NCBI GenBank assembly: GCA_964016885.1 | Contig: OZ024753.1 | Span: 12,090,001-12,154,000 of the forward strand | DNA length: 64,000 nt | Source of the DNA: Eledone cirrhosa | Lineage: Eukaryota | Direction: 5' to 3' | Part shown: positions 39,543-52,145 of the stretch, piece by piece | How positions within the stretch are numbered: the first letter of the stretch is position 1 | Layout of the letters: every line of letters starts with the position of its first letter | Program-made: the position numbers and the translations under genes | Notes under the pieces: generated by a model | What the model was told of the DNA's origin: nothing | The model's input: only the letters and a program-made list of their open reading frames with translations | Databases searched by the model: none

Positions 39543-39806
39543 TAGACTCAGACTCAGAAGTTCCCGCGTCTTGCGACACATGAGGCAATCATAGTGTTCC
39601 ATAGCGTTCGGTCAGCACCCAGTTGCACAGCGTCCCGCCATTGTCTGTTTGTCGCTCGCAGGTCCCTCTCAACTGTATGGCGCCAGTTCATTTTGGGTCG
39701 CCCTCTCCGTCTGCTTCCCTGCGGGCTCCATTTAAGTACTTAGTTCGCCAGTCTCTCCGGGTTAAGTCTCAAAGCGTGTACAAACCAGCCCAGACGTCGC
39801 CTGCAG
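39543..39806 (-). mobile_element. RTE-clade LINE 3' end (not in ORF track)
   Basis: RRRLGWFVHALRLNPERLAN*VLKWSPQGSRRRGRPKMNWRHTVERDLRATNRQWRDAVQLGADRTLWNTMIASCVARRGNF*, then short TGAGTC repeat tail. Confidence 0.85.
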
Positions 39807-40026
39807 ATGGTAGAAGAGACTAGGTAGGGATGGGGCTAGGGCTGCGATTTATTGCAGTTTTGAGTGCTGTACTTCATGGGTTGAAGCTGTAAAAAGTCCC
39901 AGTCCAACAAATGATGATTTCTATAACAGTGAGTGGGTTTTCTTATTGCAACATGATTTGAAAGACGGAATGAACAGAACTACACATTAGTTGAGACAAC
40001 CAACACTAATGAGTTGCGTACATACA

Positions 40027-40697
40027 CACTCTTTCCCTATCTCACTCTTTCCCTATCTCACTCTTTCCCTATCTCACTCTTTCCCTATCTCACTCTTTCC
40101 CTATCTCACTCTTTCCCTATCTCACTCTTTCCCTATCTCACTCTTTCCCTATCTCACTCTTTCCCTATCTCACTCTTTCCCTATCTCACTCTCCCTATCT
40201 CACTCTCTCCCTATCCCACTCTCCCTATCTCACTCTCTCCCTATCCCACTCTCCCTATCTCACTCTCTCCCTATCCCACTCTCCCTATCCCACTCTCCCT
40301 ATCTCACTCTCTCCCTATCTCACTCTCTCCCTATCTCACTCTCCCTATCACACTCTCCCTATCACACTCTCCCTATCACACTCTCCCTATCACACTCTCC
40401 CTATCTCACTCTCCCTATCTCACTCTCCCTATCTCACTCTCCCTATCTCACTCTCCCTATCACACTCTCCCTATCACACTCTCCCTATCACACTCTCCCT
40501 ATCACACTCTCCCTATCACACTCTCCCTATCTCACTCTCCCTATCTCTCTCCCTCTCTATCTCTCTCCCCCTCTATCTATCTCCCCCTCTATCTCTCTCT
40601 CCCTCTATCTCTCTCCCCCTCTATCTCTCTATCTCCCTCTATCTCTCTCTCTCCCTCTATCACTCTCTCTCCCTCTATCACTCTCTCCCTCTCTTTC
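40027..40697. repeat. 14-16-bp CACTCT(TT)CCCTATCT minisatellite grading into CT-rich repeat
   Basis: Directly visible. Confidence 0.95.
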
Positions 40698-41064
40698 AAT
40701 TGAAAAATACTCATCTTTTTCCATTTATCTGAGGGATCTAAACCCCACTACCAGGCTAACATTTCTTTAGTCAAAAATACGGTGAAAGCTATTCTATTTT
40801 CTAATTTCAAACTTGCTCACTGTTTCAAAACATACTTACTTGTCATATATATATACATATATATATATATATATTTATTTATTCTGTGTTCAATCGGGCG
40901 TAACCACAGTAAATAAGGTACTCAACACAGCAGAGTATAAATATTTAATATAGAAATGGCTTCAGCAACCGAAACAAATATGAAGTACACCAAATCCATT
41001 GCTCCTAGGGGTGGCCCTGGTTCTTCGTATTTGCGAGTGTAAACTCGGCTAGATTAGATTAGAT

Positions 41065-41172
41065 TTCTACATTACTAGAACTGTTTCATTCGGTGGAAAT
41101 CAGTAAAACCCAGGACTTTCCTGGTGATTTCCTCCAAATGAAACAGTTCTAGTCTTGTAGAAGGCATTTCTA
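41065..41172 (+). mobile_element. Family G fold-back with core-mutated hammerhead
   Basis: Arms 41065-41102/41125-41162; TTTC-CTGGTGA-TTTC..AAAT-GAAA-CAG..TTG-TA-GAAG. Confidence 0.7.
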
Positions 41173-41223
41173 TATATATATATATATAGGGCGGGTAAAA
41201 TTCCCGAGATCCATGGACGAGTT

Positions 41224-41368
41224 ATCTCCAGCGGTCTCTGTCTCTCATTATCGCTGCCATGTCCTGCGCCTCCAACAGACCAGTGTCCTGCGCCTCCAAC
41301 AGACCAGTGTCTGTCCTTAGGGCATCAACATACGTTAACCTTGGTCTTCCTCTTCCAGTGTGTCCATG
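41224..41368 (-). mobile_element. RTE-clade LINE 3' stub
   Basis: HGHTGRGRPRLTYVDALRTDTGLLEAQD(dup)MAAIMRDRDRWR*. Confidence 0.8.
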
Positions 41369-42814
41369 TATATATAATTGGATATGACGTTATGAGACCA
41401 TTTAATTCCAATGGATTATAAAGCATAAGGAACTTTATGAGCGACGAAATGACATATAATATTTTTGGCTATTTCTCTTCTTAGTCCGTACAAATTAACT
41501 ATGAGATACAGATAATGTATTATGCAATGGTATATTCTGATAACTGTAATTATTTCAATTTTGAAGTTCGTTTCATAACATGGAAACATTGCATTCATAA
41601 CAAAAACAAAAAGAAATGATCAATCTTTATACATATCACAGAAATATGAAACGGAACGATAGTGTTTCAATAGTTTAAGAAAATACACGCATTTCTTTCA
41701 AAGTAAAATTATCGCTTTTTCACGAGAAATCATGCGGCAGAAACGCTATAAACGCACGTCCCGAAATGTGTTATTTTTATTAACTTCCTCTGAATAAGGG
41801 AATAATATATGCTAGTTATAGTAAGCCATTGAATGCAGTTCATGAATATTTCTATCGAAGGGATATCAGGTGAAATAAAAAAAAAAACTGTTATCATGCC
41901 AAAAGTAACAGATTGGTTCTAACAGGTTTGTTCCGTTGACGAGATATTTCTGTACACAGAAAGATAAAAGTAAAATAATCATAAAAAATTTGAAAGGAGA
42001 ATTGGAAGATAGCTATAAAATCTTCAAACTTCTCATACACTGATGAAAGTCAATCTAAAGAGATTACATGTGTTCTACATATTTTATCAAAAGCTCACTC
42101 TCTGATCAATATATCATATAACATCATTATCGTGATAAATGTTACCAAATTCGTCACCCTCCATTTGCTTCTAACCTGCTGAAATTACTAAAATCTCAAT
42201 GTACTGATTCATGTTTACAACCTTGTAGGCGCCCATAAATATGATCAGTTATATGGTAATTTTGTTGTTGATATTGTTCTTTTTTTGTTACTCTTTAGCT
42301 CTCTATCGTCTCTGATTAAGACGATTTATGATCAAATGATCATAGCCACCATCAAATATTGCTTTTCTTGGGAAACTTTAAGGTAGTATTTTGTGATTTG
42401 AAGGATTTCCAGCGGGATATATAGTGACAGGGTTTACTTTTGTGGTTCATATATTACATTGTAGGTGTTTAGATCTATCAAGGAGATCCATTATCAAAGG
42501 GTTGTCAACTAGATGGATGCTTCTATATTTTACGTAATTTATAACCAATACTGCATTTCCCAATTCGTTATTATATCAGATGAGATATTCCAAAGTAATT
42601 TGAAGATATGTGACTGGTATTTCTAGCAGTTTGACCAAACCCATAGAGTAGCATCTTTAGGCTGATATGACATAATGTATGTATATTGACAAAGTATTCC
42701 GGTTATTAGATTAAAATATTTACAACTTTTGGATGCCAATCTATGACGCTACTTTTAGTTGTTCCCCAGCTTACGGGATCCAAACATGATCCGACCAATC
42801 CATTTTTCTTTCTC

Positions 42815-43147
42815 ACATCATCATCACCCCCCACCCACCCCCCGGCGGTCTCAGCCGAAATGGACTCCACAATTGATCTCCACGTGGGTCTGTCGTTCAT
42901 TGCCGTTACCAAGTCCTGGATTTCAATACCAGAATCTCTGGAGATCATATCGGGATAGGAGAGCTTGCGCCCCCTGTTATTAGTGACTGCTTGTGGTTTC
43001 AAAAGCACTAATGGGGACACAGCCTCATATGTGGAAAGATGGCATTGGTCAGCAAATCTTACTCTCCTTTTACGTACAACGACAGACATGCGTGGGAGGC
43101 CAGCATATATCTCTCTCAAAGTCAGATATCGCCAGCTTATTTTCTGA
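42815..43147 (-). mobile_element. RTE-clade LINE 3' end with (GAT)n tail
   Basis: KISWRYLTLREIYAGLPRMSVVVRKRRVRFADQCHL...RGRKLSYPDMISRDSGIEIQDLVTAMNDRPTWR; 50-bp near-identical piece at 30557-30606. Confidence 0.85.
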
Positions 43148-43502
43148 ATATATGGAGTAATACTGTACACTCACGCATTGTATATTCCATTCTCTAAGAC
43201 AGAAGTGTGTTATTTTCAGACAAGTGTCAACATAACTCCAAATCTTTGCGGATTACATGTTATCATCTTTAATGAGAAGTTAATTTCACACATTGAAAAT
43301 AATATTTTGTTGGTCACGAGATATGTTGAGTGTTACACGCGATGACGGTTTGAAGGTGAAAGCATAATAAAAATATTTAAGACAATAAAATACGTTCGTG
43401 TTTAACGATTTGGACAAATTTGAATATCGAATAAAATCGAAGACATAAACAATATATTTAACATAACATAAAAGAAACCGTGAACGAAATATCTAACACA
43501 AA

Positions 43503-43672
43503 TAATAGTTTCTGATTTATGCACAAGGCCAACAATTTTCGGGGGAAAGGGGAAAGTCGAATAAATCGACCCCAGTGCATTACTGGTACTTTATTTTATC
43601 GATCTCTTAAGGACGAATGGCAAAGCTAACCTCGGCGGGATTTGAAATCAGAACGTAAAGGGTCGTAGCTCT
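43503..43672 (-). mobile_element. SINE family 1, long variant
   Basis: Consensus plus GTCGAATAAATCGAC. Confidence 0.85.
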
Positions 43673-44879
43673 ATATTTAACGCATATAATGATACATATA
43701 ACAAATTATAGACAGATTATTTAAAATATGTATTGTAAATTGATAATGGAAAGGCGCTCCCGATCGAGTTAGAGAACTATTGACCTTTAGGAGAAGCAGC
43801 GACCCCTGATTGTATTTAGCAACCGAAACAAATATGAAGTACACCAAATCCAATGCTCCTAGGGGTGGCCCTAGTTCTTCTTTTTCTATTTAAAATAGAA
43901 ATATGAGCATTTATGAAAATTTGGACTTCCACAGTGGCCGCGAACTATGATAATTTTAAATCATACAATAGATTAGGAAAAAATGTGATGACAGCGATAA
44001 AAATGGTTAGCTGTTTATAACGCTTCGAAACCTTTTCTAATAACTGTTTGATATCTGGATGTTATGTCAACCAAGAGTTAAGGACATTTACGTTTTTTAG
44101 TTTTATATACGTGAATCCAGCATCAGTAATAATTACACACACGAACGTTAGTCAAATATGCTGATAGATTATATAAAGATTTCTGGAAACAGTACAAATA
44201 TGACGATGCTCATATGCATAAATTGAAGGTTAGATGATATTAAATATATTAGCAATGACACTACCACAGAGTAATTAAGTGGTGAAAGGCCTTGCATTTG
44301 ACTAATTCCACTCTCTGAGCATCGAAAACACTACCCGGAAATGAGAACTGGCCAACAACATCACGTGCTTCCGAAGCTGCAGGCGTTTTGTTTCAGTTTC
44401 CCTCTTTTACTATTTACATATCATGTCAATTTACTTGACGCAGGAAATGTTTTTCATTTCAAAATATTGGTTCAGACAAGTTTATGCGCTCGACCTAAAA
44501 CAATTTTGACACGCATCAGGACGAAATGCTGTGGTAATCTATGATATTGTTAATGAAGATGTCTGGACTGCTCTGGACGCAACGTGCCAGCCAGGTTTCA
44601 AATGGGATTTGTCTGCAAAAATGAAGCCATCTCAAGCTATAATAAAAATAAGCAAAGTGCGGAACTACACATGTCAAAGAAATATCTGTAACTGTCTTTA
44701 TGGTTGAACACACTTAATGAGGTTACTCTTCCCGTAAGCCATCTGATGTATGGCTATAGTAAGAATATATATAATTCAATTTCAGTAAGTAAAACAGGTA
44801 AGTGTGATAGTAGGAATCATGAGCTAGTATAAAATCTCAGAAATCTATATCATATATTATGTTGTATATATCATATAGA

Positions 44880-45741
44880 GGGCGGTGGTTGGCAGTATCG
44901 ATAGAGGGTCTGACGCCATGCTTTGCAGCAAAGAGTTACGGGTCTTGCCATTCTGAGTTCAAGTCCCACTGAGGTTAACTTTACATTTCATCCTTACGAA
45001 GTCGATAAAATAAAGTACCAGTAATACATTGGGATAATTTCTGGTCTTGTGCCAAAAGTAAAAACAATTATATATCATATTGTATTTCATTGTATTGTTG
45101 TAAACACATGGGGCGGTGGATTGGCAGTGTCGGTAGAGCGTCGGACAGTCAGTCTGCTTTGTGGCAGAGTTACGGCCATTTGCGTTCTTACGAGTTTGAT
45201 AAAATAAAGTACCAGTCACGCACTGATTTAATATTGGATTTTCCCCTGCCCCCAAATTGCTGGCCTTGTGCCTAAATCAGAAACCATTATTAAATACACA
45301 CACGGATATACCCCACCCCATATATATATGTTGAGAGTTATGGTGTGAAAAGTTATTCGCTTGTCGTATATCCGTAATCAAACATAAATTGTTCCATAAT
45401 TGCATTTTTCCCCACACACCCGCCCATGTGTATATGGGGCGGGTGTGTGGGGATAATGCAATTATCGAATAACACTGTATATATATTATAAGAGCAGAGG
45501 TCCGTCGAGCTTTTGACTCCAGACACGGGCCAAATCGATACAGATCGAACCATCGTCTTTATTGGCAGTATTGGTGGAGGGTCGGACGCCATGCTTTCCA
45601 GCATAGTTACGTCCCTTTACAATCTGAGTTCAAATCCCGCCGAGGTTGACTTTGCCTTTCATCCTTACGGGGTCGATAAAATAAAGTACCAGTAATGCAC
45701 TGGTTAATTGCTGGCCTTGTACCTAAAGTAGAAACAATTAT
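44880..45741 (+). mobile_element. Three SINE family 1 copies
   Basis: 44880-45069, 45111-45290, 45561-45741. Confidence 0.85.
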
Positions 45742-46010
45742 TATATTACACTGTGTTATACTCTGCACCTTGCTACTGACGTGAACCTAAACATCGAGTG
45801 CTCACATACAGCAACTTCGTTAGCCCCACTGCATGCACACACACGCACGCACGCACGCAAACGCGCGCGCAGTCTTGCACGATATATATATATGTATATA
45901 TATATATATTTATATACATATATATATATAACGTTTATACTCTGCTATATATATATATATATATAGTGACAAAACATAAGTCAATTGCATGAACTCCTAA
46001 TCCTTTATTT

Positions 46011-46065
46011 ACTATATATATATTTCGATGATAGCCATTGAATGGCTATGACCTCATCAGGCAGT
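46011..46065 (-). ncRNA. Type I hammerhead (family E), stems I/III partly decayed
   Basis: ACTGC-CTGATGA-GGTCATAGCCAT-tca-ATGGCTATCATC-GAAA-TATATA...TAGT. Confidence 0.55.
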
Positions 46066-46554
46066 TAGTCAGTTCTTAGAAATGCCAGCTCTGTGTTTAT
46101 AGTGTTGATGGTATCAGAGCCTTGGGACATATGAGCTTGTTAGGAATAATTTAATGTTGTCAGCAGGAATAGTCTTAATTCTCATTGGTCAGTTTTTAGA
46201 TGCTAGTAGGGTTGGTATTTGACCTCAAAGAGGCAGGTGGTGTTGTAAAGTTCAAACCGTCAGGCAAGATGACAATAGTTCTATATGACTGATTTTCACA
46301 AAAAGCATTCCTGGTCAGATATATATTCAATTAAAGTTAATAGTATGAAATAGATACTAGAGGTTATTCTTAAATTGAGGAATTTATGTGGAGTGGTGCT
46401 ACTGAAAATTATGGTTAGAGTAGAAAATTTACAAACTTATGTAGGTTGGCTTGCATATACACCCACCTCCACAGACACACACACATCCACACATACAAAT
46501 TAATGTGACGTGGTAATACTTAAAATAATGGTTAGAGTCATATATATATATATA

Positions 46555-46765
46555 TAAAACTTTTACTCTGCTATATATATATATAGCAGAGTATAAAAGT
46601 TTTAATATAGAAGAGTTTCTACAGCACTAGAACTGTTTCATTCGTGAGAAATCATCATATATAAATATTTAATATAGAAATGGCCATTTCTATATTAAAT
46701 CTGCTATATACGCTATGTATTCAGTACCTTACTTACTGCGGTTAACCCCAATTAAACCCGGGTCT
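46555..46765. mobile_element. Family G fragments with nested small palindromes
   Basis: Minus-strand TGATGA-TTTCTCACGAAT-GAAA-CAG..CTG-TA-GAAA (46616-46657, C3 lost); palindrome ATTTAATATAGAAATGG|CCATTTCTATATTAAAT at 46667-46700. Confidence 0.65.
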
Positions 46766-46814
<49 letters not shown>

Positions 46815-46817
<3 letters not shown>

Positions 46818-46994
46818 AGGAACCAGGTGGACCATAACGCACCAAAGTACTCAATACTTAGGGTAGTAGAGTGGGTAATAGGAACGAGTAGGACCCCGAC
46901 GGCTGAGCTCAAGCCGTTTCGACGGCTAATTCTGGACTCAGAATTAGCCGTCGAAACGGCTTGAGCTCAGCCGTCGGGGTCCTTCTCGTTCCTA
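46815..46994 (-). mobile_element. Fold-back element family C in (TA)n
   Basis: Arms 46879-46934/46939-46994, one mismatch, 4-nt loop. Confidence 0.85.
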
Positions 46995-47021
46995 TATATA
47001 TATATTTGTGTGTGTGTGTCT

Positions 47022-47294
47022 GAAGGCGCGTGGCTGTCTGGTTAGAGAATTGGGTTCGCAATCGGGAAGTTATAAGTCCGATTTCCGGACCAAACGAAGC
47101 GTTATGTCCTTGAGGAAGACACTTTATTTCACGTCGCTCGTTCTGCCCGGATTTGCGACCGGTAGATAGTATTAGCAATTGGAAAGACCAATGGAAACAT
47201 TGTTTCCTCGGTGAGTGAGGTCTGGGATTTTGTCTATCGACTGCGTATATATATATATACACGCAGTCGTTGGACAAAATCCCAGACCTCACTC
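47022..47294 (+). mobile_element. SINE family 2 variant b with inverted 3' end
   Basis: Head and CORE 47022-47135; arms 47212-47244/47261-47294 around (TA)n. Confidence 0.75.
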
Positions 47295-47509
47295 ACTCTA
47301 TACACACGCACACACACACACACACACATATACACACATATACACATATATACATATATATATGTACACGACATAATAATAATGTTTATCCCGTGTCTTT
47401 TAACATATTGGTTTTTTCTCCCTCCCAATTTTCATAATATATTTCTTTCTCATTCCACCGTATCAAGATTTTAATAACATTCTCATTTCCATTATTTCAT
47501 AGTACCTAG

Positions 47510-47905
47510 GGTGGTGGATTGGCAGTATCGGTAGAGGGTCAGACACCAAGCTTTCCAGCATAGTTACGTCCCTTTACGATCTGAGTTCAAATCCATCCGA
47601 GGTTGACTTTGCCTTTCATCCTTACGTGGTCGATAAAATAAAGTACCAGTAATGTACTGCGGTAATTGCTGACCTTGTACCTAAAGTAGAAACAATTATT
47701 TCATAGTACCTAGGGTGGTGGATTGGCAGTATCGGTAGAGGGTCGGCCGCCATGCTTTGCAGCAAAGAGTTACGGCCCTTTATGATCTGAGCTCAAATCT
47801 CGCCGAGGTTACCTTTGCCTTTCATCCTTACGGGGTCGATAAAATAAAGTACCAGTAATGTACTGGGGTAATTGCTGGCCTTGTGCCAAAAGTAGAAACA
47901 ATTAT
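47510..47905 (+). mobile_element. Tandem pair of SINE family 1 copies
   Basis: 47510-47699 and 47713-47905; target motif TTATTTCATAGTACCTA present three times. Confidence 0.9.
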
Positions 47906-48787
47906 TGCACAGTACCTATGGGGCTGTAGCTCGCTTTTTATTTGAGACAAAGAGACTAAAGCAGATAGTGATAACGATGGATAGATAATCTAAGAGATAT
48001 GGTGCGTGATAACCTAATTTTTAAGGTACATTATAGCTCTGCTAAATAGACACGTTACCTCCAAACTACGCCCATTGTGAATAGTTTCATTACAATAAAT
48101 TGAGCAAACCTTTCTTTCATATCCTATTCGATATCCTGAATATGCGATATCCAGATGCGTTTATTGGTTTTCAACTGACTCGCTCTATCGAAATAATTAA
48201 ATCTGTCCACATGTTTCCCCTGTCTAAAACCTCACGTTATATTCTACACAGTAGTTCCAATGATCAGAAGCGTCTTATTCAAATTTTTATTTGTGTGTAT
48301 ATTAAACGTATAGACTAATTATTAGATATACATTATTTTAATATATGAACCTGTGGAAAACTCTGTATTCAAATATATTGTTACTAACTTTATGTTGAAA
48401 CAAATGTCTACGCCATTATATTATTCAGCCCTTTACTAGACAAATGAGAAATACTATTTTACGTTCTGTTTTACTTCAACGATATTCAAGTCAACGCTAG
48501 CTTAATCAAAGTTCAATAAATATGACCGGTTTTATTATCTGAAGAGCAAATATTCCTATATTATTTAGAAATATCAATCACATTTCCTATCTGATTACTA
48601 TATTATTTGTACATCGGGTCTTTCTATACAGAAATCGATTACTCTTATTACAGCTCATGCCGTTCAATTCACTATAAATAACACCATAAGATTTTCTAGC
48701 CATTTGGTATCTCATATAAAAGTATCTTCTATTAACACTGAACTATTTTGATAAAGTAAACTATACAGCCTCATAGTGTACCGATAA

Positions 48788-50021
48788 TAATTGTTTTCTA
48801 CTTTTGGCACAAGGCCAGCAATTACCAAGTGCATTACTGGTACTTTATTTTATCAACCCCGTAAGGATGAAAGGCAAAGTTAACCTTGGCGCGATTTGAA
48901 CTCAGAATGGAAAGGGCCATAACTCTATCGCTATGGTTACTGGTTTAGCCACAAAGCCAGCAACTTTGGGGGAGGGTAAAGTCAATTAAATTAAACTCAG
49001 TGCGTTAATGGTACTATATGTTATCGACCCTGTGAGGAGAAAAGCTAAAGCTAACCTTGGTGGGATTTAAACTGAGAAAAAAAAGGGCCGACCGCAACAA
49101 TATGCCACAAAGCAGGGTGTCCGACGGTCTACCCACATTGCCAATCCACCGTGTGCCAATAATAATTGTTTCTACTTTAGGCACAAGGCCAGCAATTACC
49201 CAGTACATTACTGGTACTTTATTTTATCGACCCCGTAAGGATGAAAGGCAAAGTTAACCTCGGCGGGATTTGAACTCAGACTGTAAAGGGACGTAACTAT
49301 GCTAGAAAGCATGGCGCCCAACCTTCTGCCGATACTGCCAACATGATATCTAGTAAAGGCACAAGGCCATTAATTTGGGGGAGGAGGAAAGTAGATCAAA
49401 TCGCACCAGTACGTTACTGGTACTTTATTTTATCGATCCCCAAGGATGACAGGCAAAGGTAACACCGGCGGGATTTGAACTCAGACCGTGAAGGGCCGTC
49501 AATCGATGCTGCAAAGCATGGGGTCCGTCTCACCACTGATACTGCCAATCCACTGCTTTTAATGTGTCAAAAATAATGATTTCGATATTTATTATATAGA
49601 AAATAAGGGTTGTGGGTTAGCAGTATTGCTAGAGAGTTGGACACGATGCTTTGCAGCATAGAGTTACGGTCCTTTACGGTCTGTGTTCAAATACCGCCTA
49701 GGTTAACTTTGCATTTCATCCTTACGGGGTCGATAAAATAAAACACCAGTAACGTACTGAGGTCGATTTCATCGACTTTACCCGTCCGCCAAATTACTGG
49801 CCTTGTGACTTTACTAGAAATCATTATATGGAAAATAGGGCTGTGATTTGGCAGTATCGGTAGAGGGTCGGACATGCTTTCCAGCATAATTACGGCCCTT
49901 GCCATTCTGAGTTCAAATCCCGCCCAGGTTAACTTTGCCTTTCATCCATACGGGTCGATAAAATAAAGTACCAGTAATGTACTGGGTAATTGCTGGCCTT
50001 CTGCCAAAAGCAGAAACAATT
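48788..50021. mobile_element. Cluster of six SINE family 1 copies
   Basis: Four minus (48788, 48940, 49163, 49355) then two plus (49608, 49838; last with TSD ATTATATGGAAAATA). Confidence 0.9.
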
Positions 50022-50426
50022 ATATGGAAAATATATGAAGCATCATGAAATGCTTTTACGATTTCATGCGACGAACAAACAAACTCATGTAATCATACGG
50101 TTGTCTTAATATTTTTATTAACATCGGTTACAATATCTAATCGATTGCTTTGATCTCCCTATGTATGTATATTGGCATATCACAGAGTATGTTTGCTTTG
50201 TTATTTCCCGAAATATATTTTTTCCTATCTATGCCTGTACCAGCAATATGCTCTGGGAATTCGGAATGCTTTCCTAATTAACCATGTACTTAGCTCCTGA
50301 CTCTGTCCTCTCTGTTTACATACTATTTTATGTTTTAACACTGGAAAGCAGGGACTACGAGGTTAATCGTTTCCTTTCCACTCCCTCTTATGTTTGAGTT
50401 ACGTATCATGTTCTGCTACTTTATTG

Positions 50427-50985
50427 AATTGGCAGTATCGGTAGAGCGTCAGACACCATGCTTTACCGCATAGAGTTATAGCCCTTTATGTTCTGAGTTC
50501 AAATCCCGCCGAGATTAACTTTCCCTTTCATCCTTACGGCGTCGATAAAATAAAGTACCAGTAATGTACTTGTATAATTGCTGGCCTTGTGCTAAAATTA
50601 GAAACAATTATTTAGCTTCCGTGGTTTCTACTGCAGAGATATTGATCTTGAAGCTCAAAAATGAATTCTCTGTCTCGGCATTGGTCCCATCTTATTGGAG
50701 GTTTTAGTTTTCCTCGTATAAACCAACCTATTCAGCTTGTTGGGATATTGTCCATGTAGATGTAATAGCTTTTCTTGTTATTATTTTACCACGCAAAGGG
50801 CGGTGGATTGGTAATATCGGTAGAGGGTCGGACGCCATGCTTTCCAGCATAGTTACCTCTCTTTACGTTCTGAGTTCAAATCCCGCCGAGGTTGACTTTG
50901 CCTTTCATCCTTACGGGTTCGATAAAATAAAGTACCAGTAATGCACTGGGCAATGGCTGGCCTTGTGCCTAAAGTAGAAACAATT
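50427..50985 (+). mobile_element. Two SINE family 1 copies
   Basis: 50427-50611; 50798-50985 with [19 protein letters not shown]. Confidence 0.9.
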
Positions 50986-51435
50986 ATTTTACCACGCAAC
51001 TCCTTGGATTTATTTCCAATGCTGTGCTTAGTATTTCAAATATTTCGTTTGTTGAAAATTCTAAATATATCTTTTAATGACTGTATCTCCGGTGTAAGTT
51101 CTTTACGTATTGTCTTACAAGAAGACGGGAAATATTATTTCCTCGTTCTTAATCCGCAAATCATCGTATTAACTTTTTTTGTCATCGTACATTTCATGTT
51201 ACAGCCGTTTTCCATTTGCAGACAGTACATATGGTCCTATGTTGTTTCTAAATTTAATCTTTAGTGGGGTATTCTAAGTGAAATCATTACCCTTCTTATT
51301 TCACTATGTCGTCTTGCTAGTTTTAGTCCGTTTCTTGTTCAGTTATGATAACAAGAACCGTATCCTTTAACACGGGGAGCTAGATATATCGAGCAATTGG
51401 CTCACTAAACATTCTAAACCCTAAGAACATAATGT

Positions 51436-51700
51436 GGAGGCACGTAGCCTAGAGGTAAGTGTGTTGGACTTACGTTCATAATATCGTGGGGTCGATTCCT
51501 GGGCTGCGTGCTGTGTTCTTGAGCAAACCACTTCATTTCACGTTGCTCCAGTATACTCAGCTGAAAATGAGTACCAGCAATAGCTGGAGGTTTAACCCTG
51601 CGATGGACTGGCGTCCTCTCCAGGGGGGAGTCTTATACTCTCAGTCGCTTCACGCCATGTAACCGGGATAGGAACCGTTCAAATGAGCCTTCTGGCTTAA
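51436..51700 (+). mobile_element. SINE family 2, tail variant c
   Basis: tRNA head, CORE-like block, then AACCCTGCGATGGACTGGCGTCCTCTCCAGGGGGGAG. Confidence 0.75.
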
Positions 51701-51904
51701 GACATATTTAGACTAACATAATACAGTAACGAGCTTCATAACACAAAGGGGCATAAACTGTTTTAATCTAACAGAGATGTCGTTAGCAGTAATGATATTA
51801 CAGAAATTGACAAGATTTCGGAAAGGCAGAACATCCAGGTCCTGTTTATAGATGACCAGAAAAAGGTGCTACAAACTTTCATATAGCTTTAAATATTAGA
51901 TACT

Positions 51905-52145
51905 TGTTCTACTTCTTCGCTCACGTATCCCTGGGCGGATCGTAGGGCCAGAGACACCAATCAGGCGTTCCAGCGGATCTTGTCAAAAACAACTGTTTTC
52001 AATTGATCGGGCTGGATTCCCAAGCGAGACTAGCCGACCTCATGAATGTTACCCAACTATCTTTCTCGCGTTCTACACCTGGGGCACCTGCCTGTTGGTT
52101 TGTACTTGCACAATCTGTCCAGCGATTCTTTTCTGAGACATTTGG
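51905..52145 (-). mobile_element. RTE-clade LINE 3' stub
   Basis: Homologous to the 11000 and 15845 stubs (GNIHEVG*SRLGIQPDQLKTV..DKIRW). Confidence 0.65.

Noticed and set aside
44507-44707. 65-codon open frame (HASGRNAVVIYD...CNCLYG) as host exon
   Set aside because: No recognisable domain or clear splice sites; needs RNA-seq
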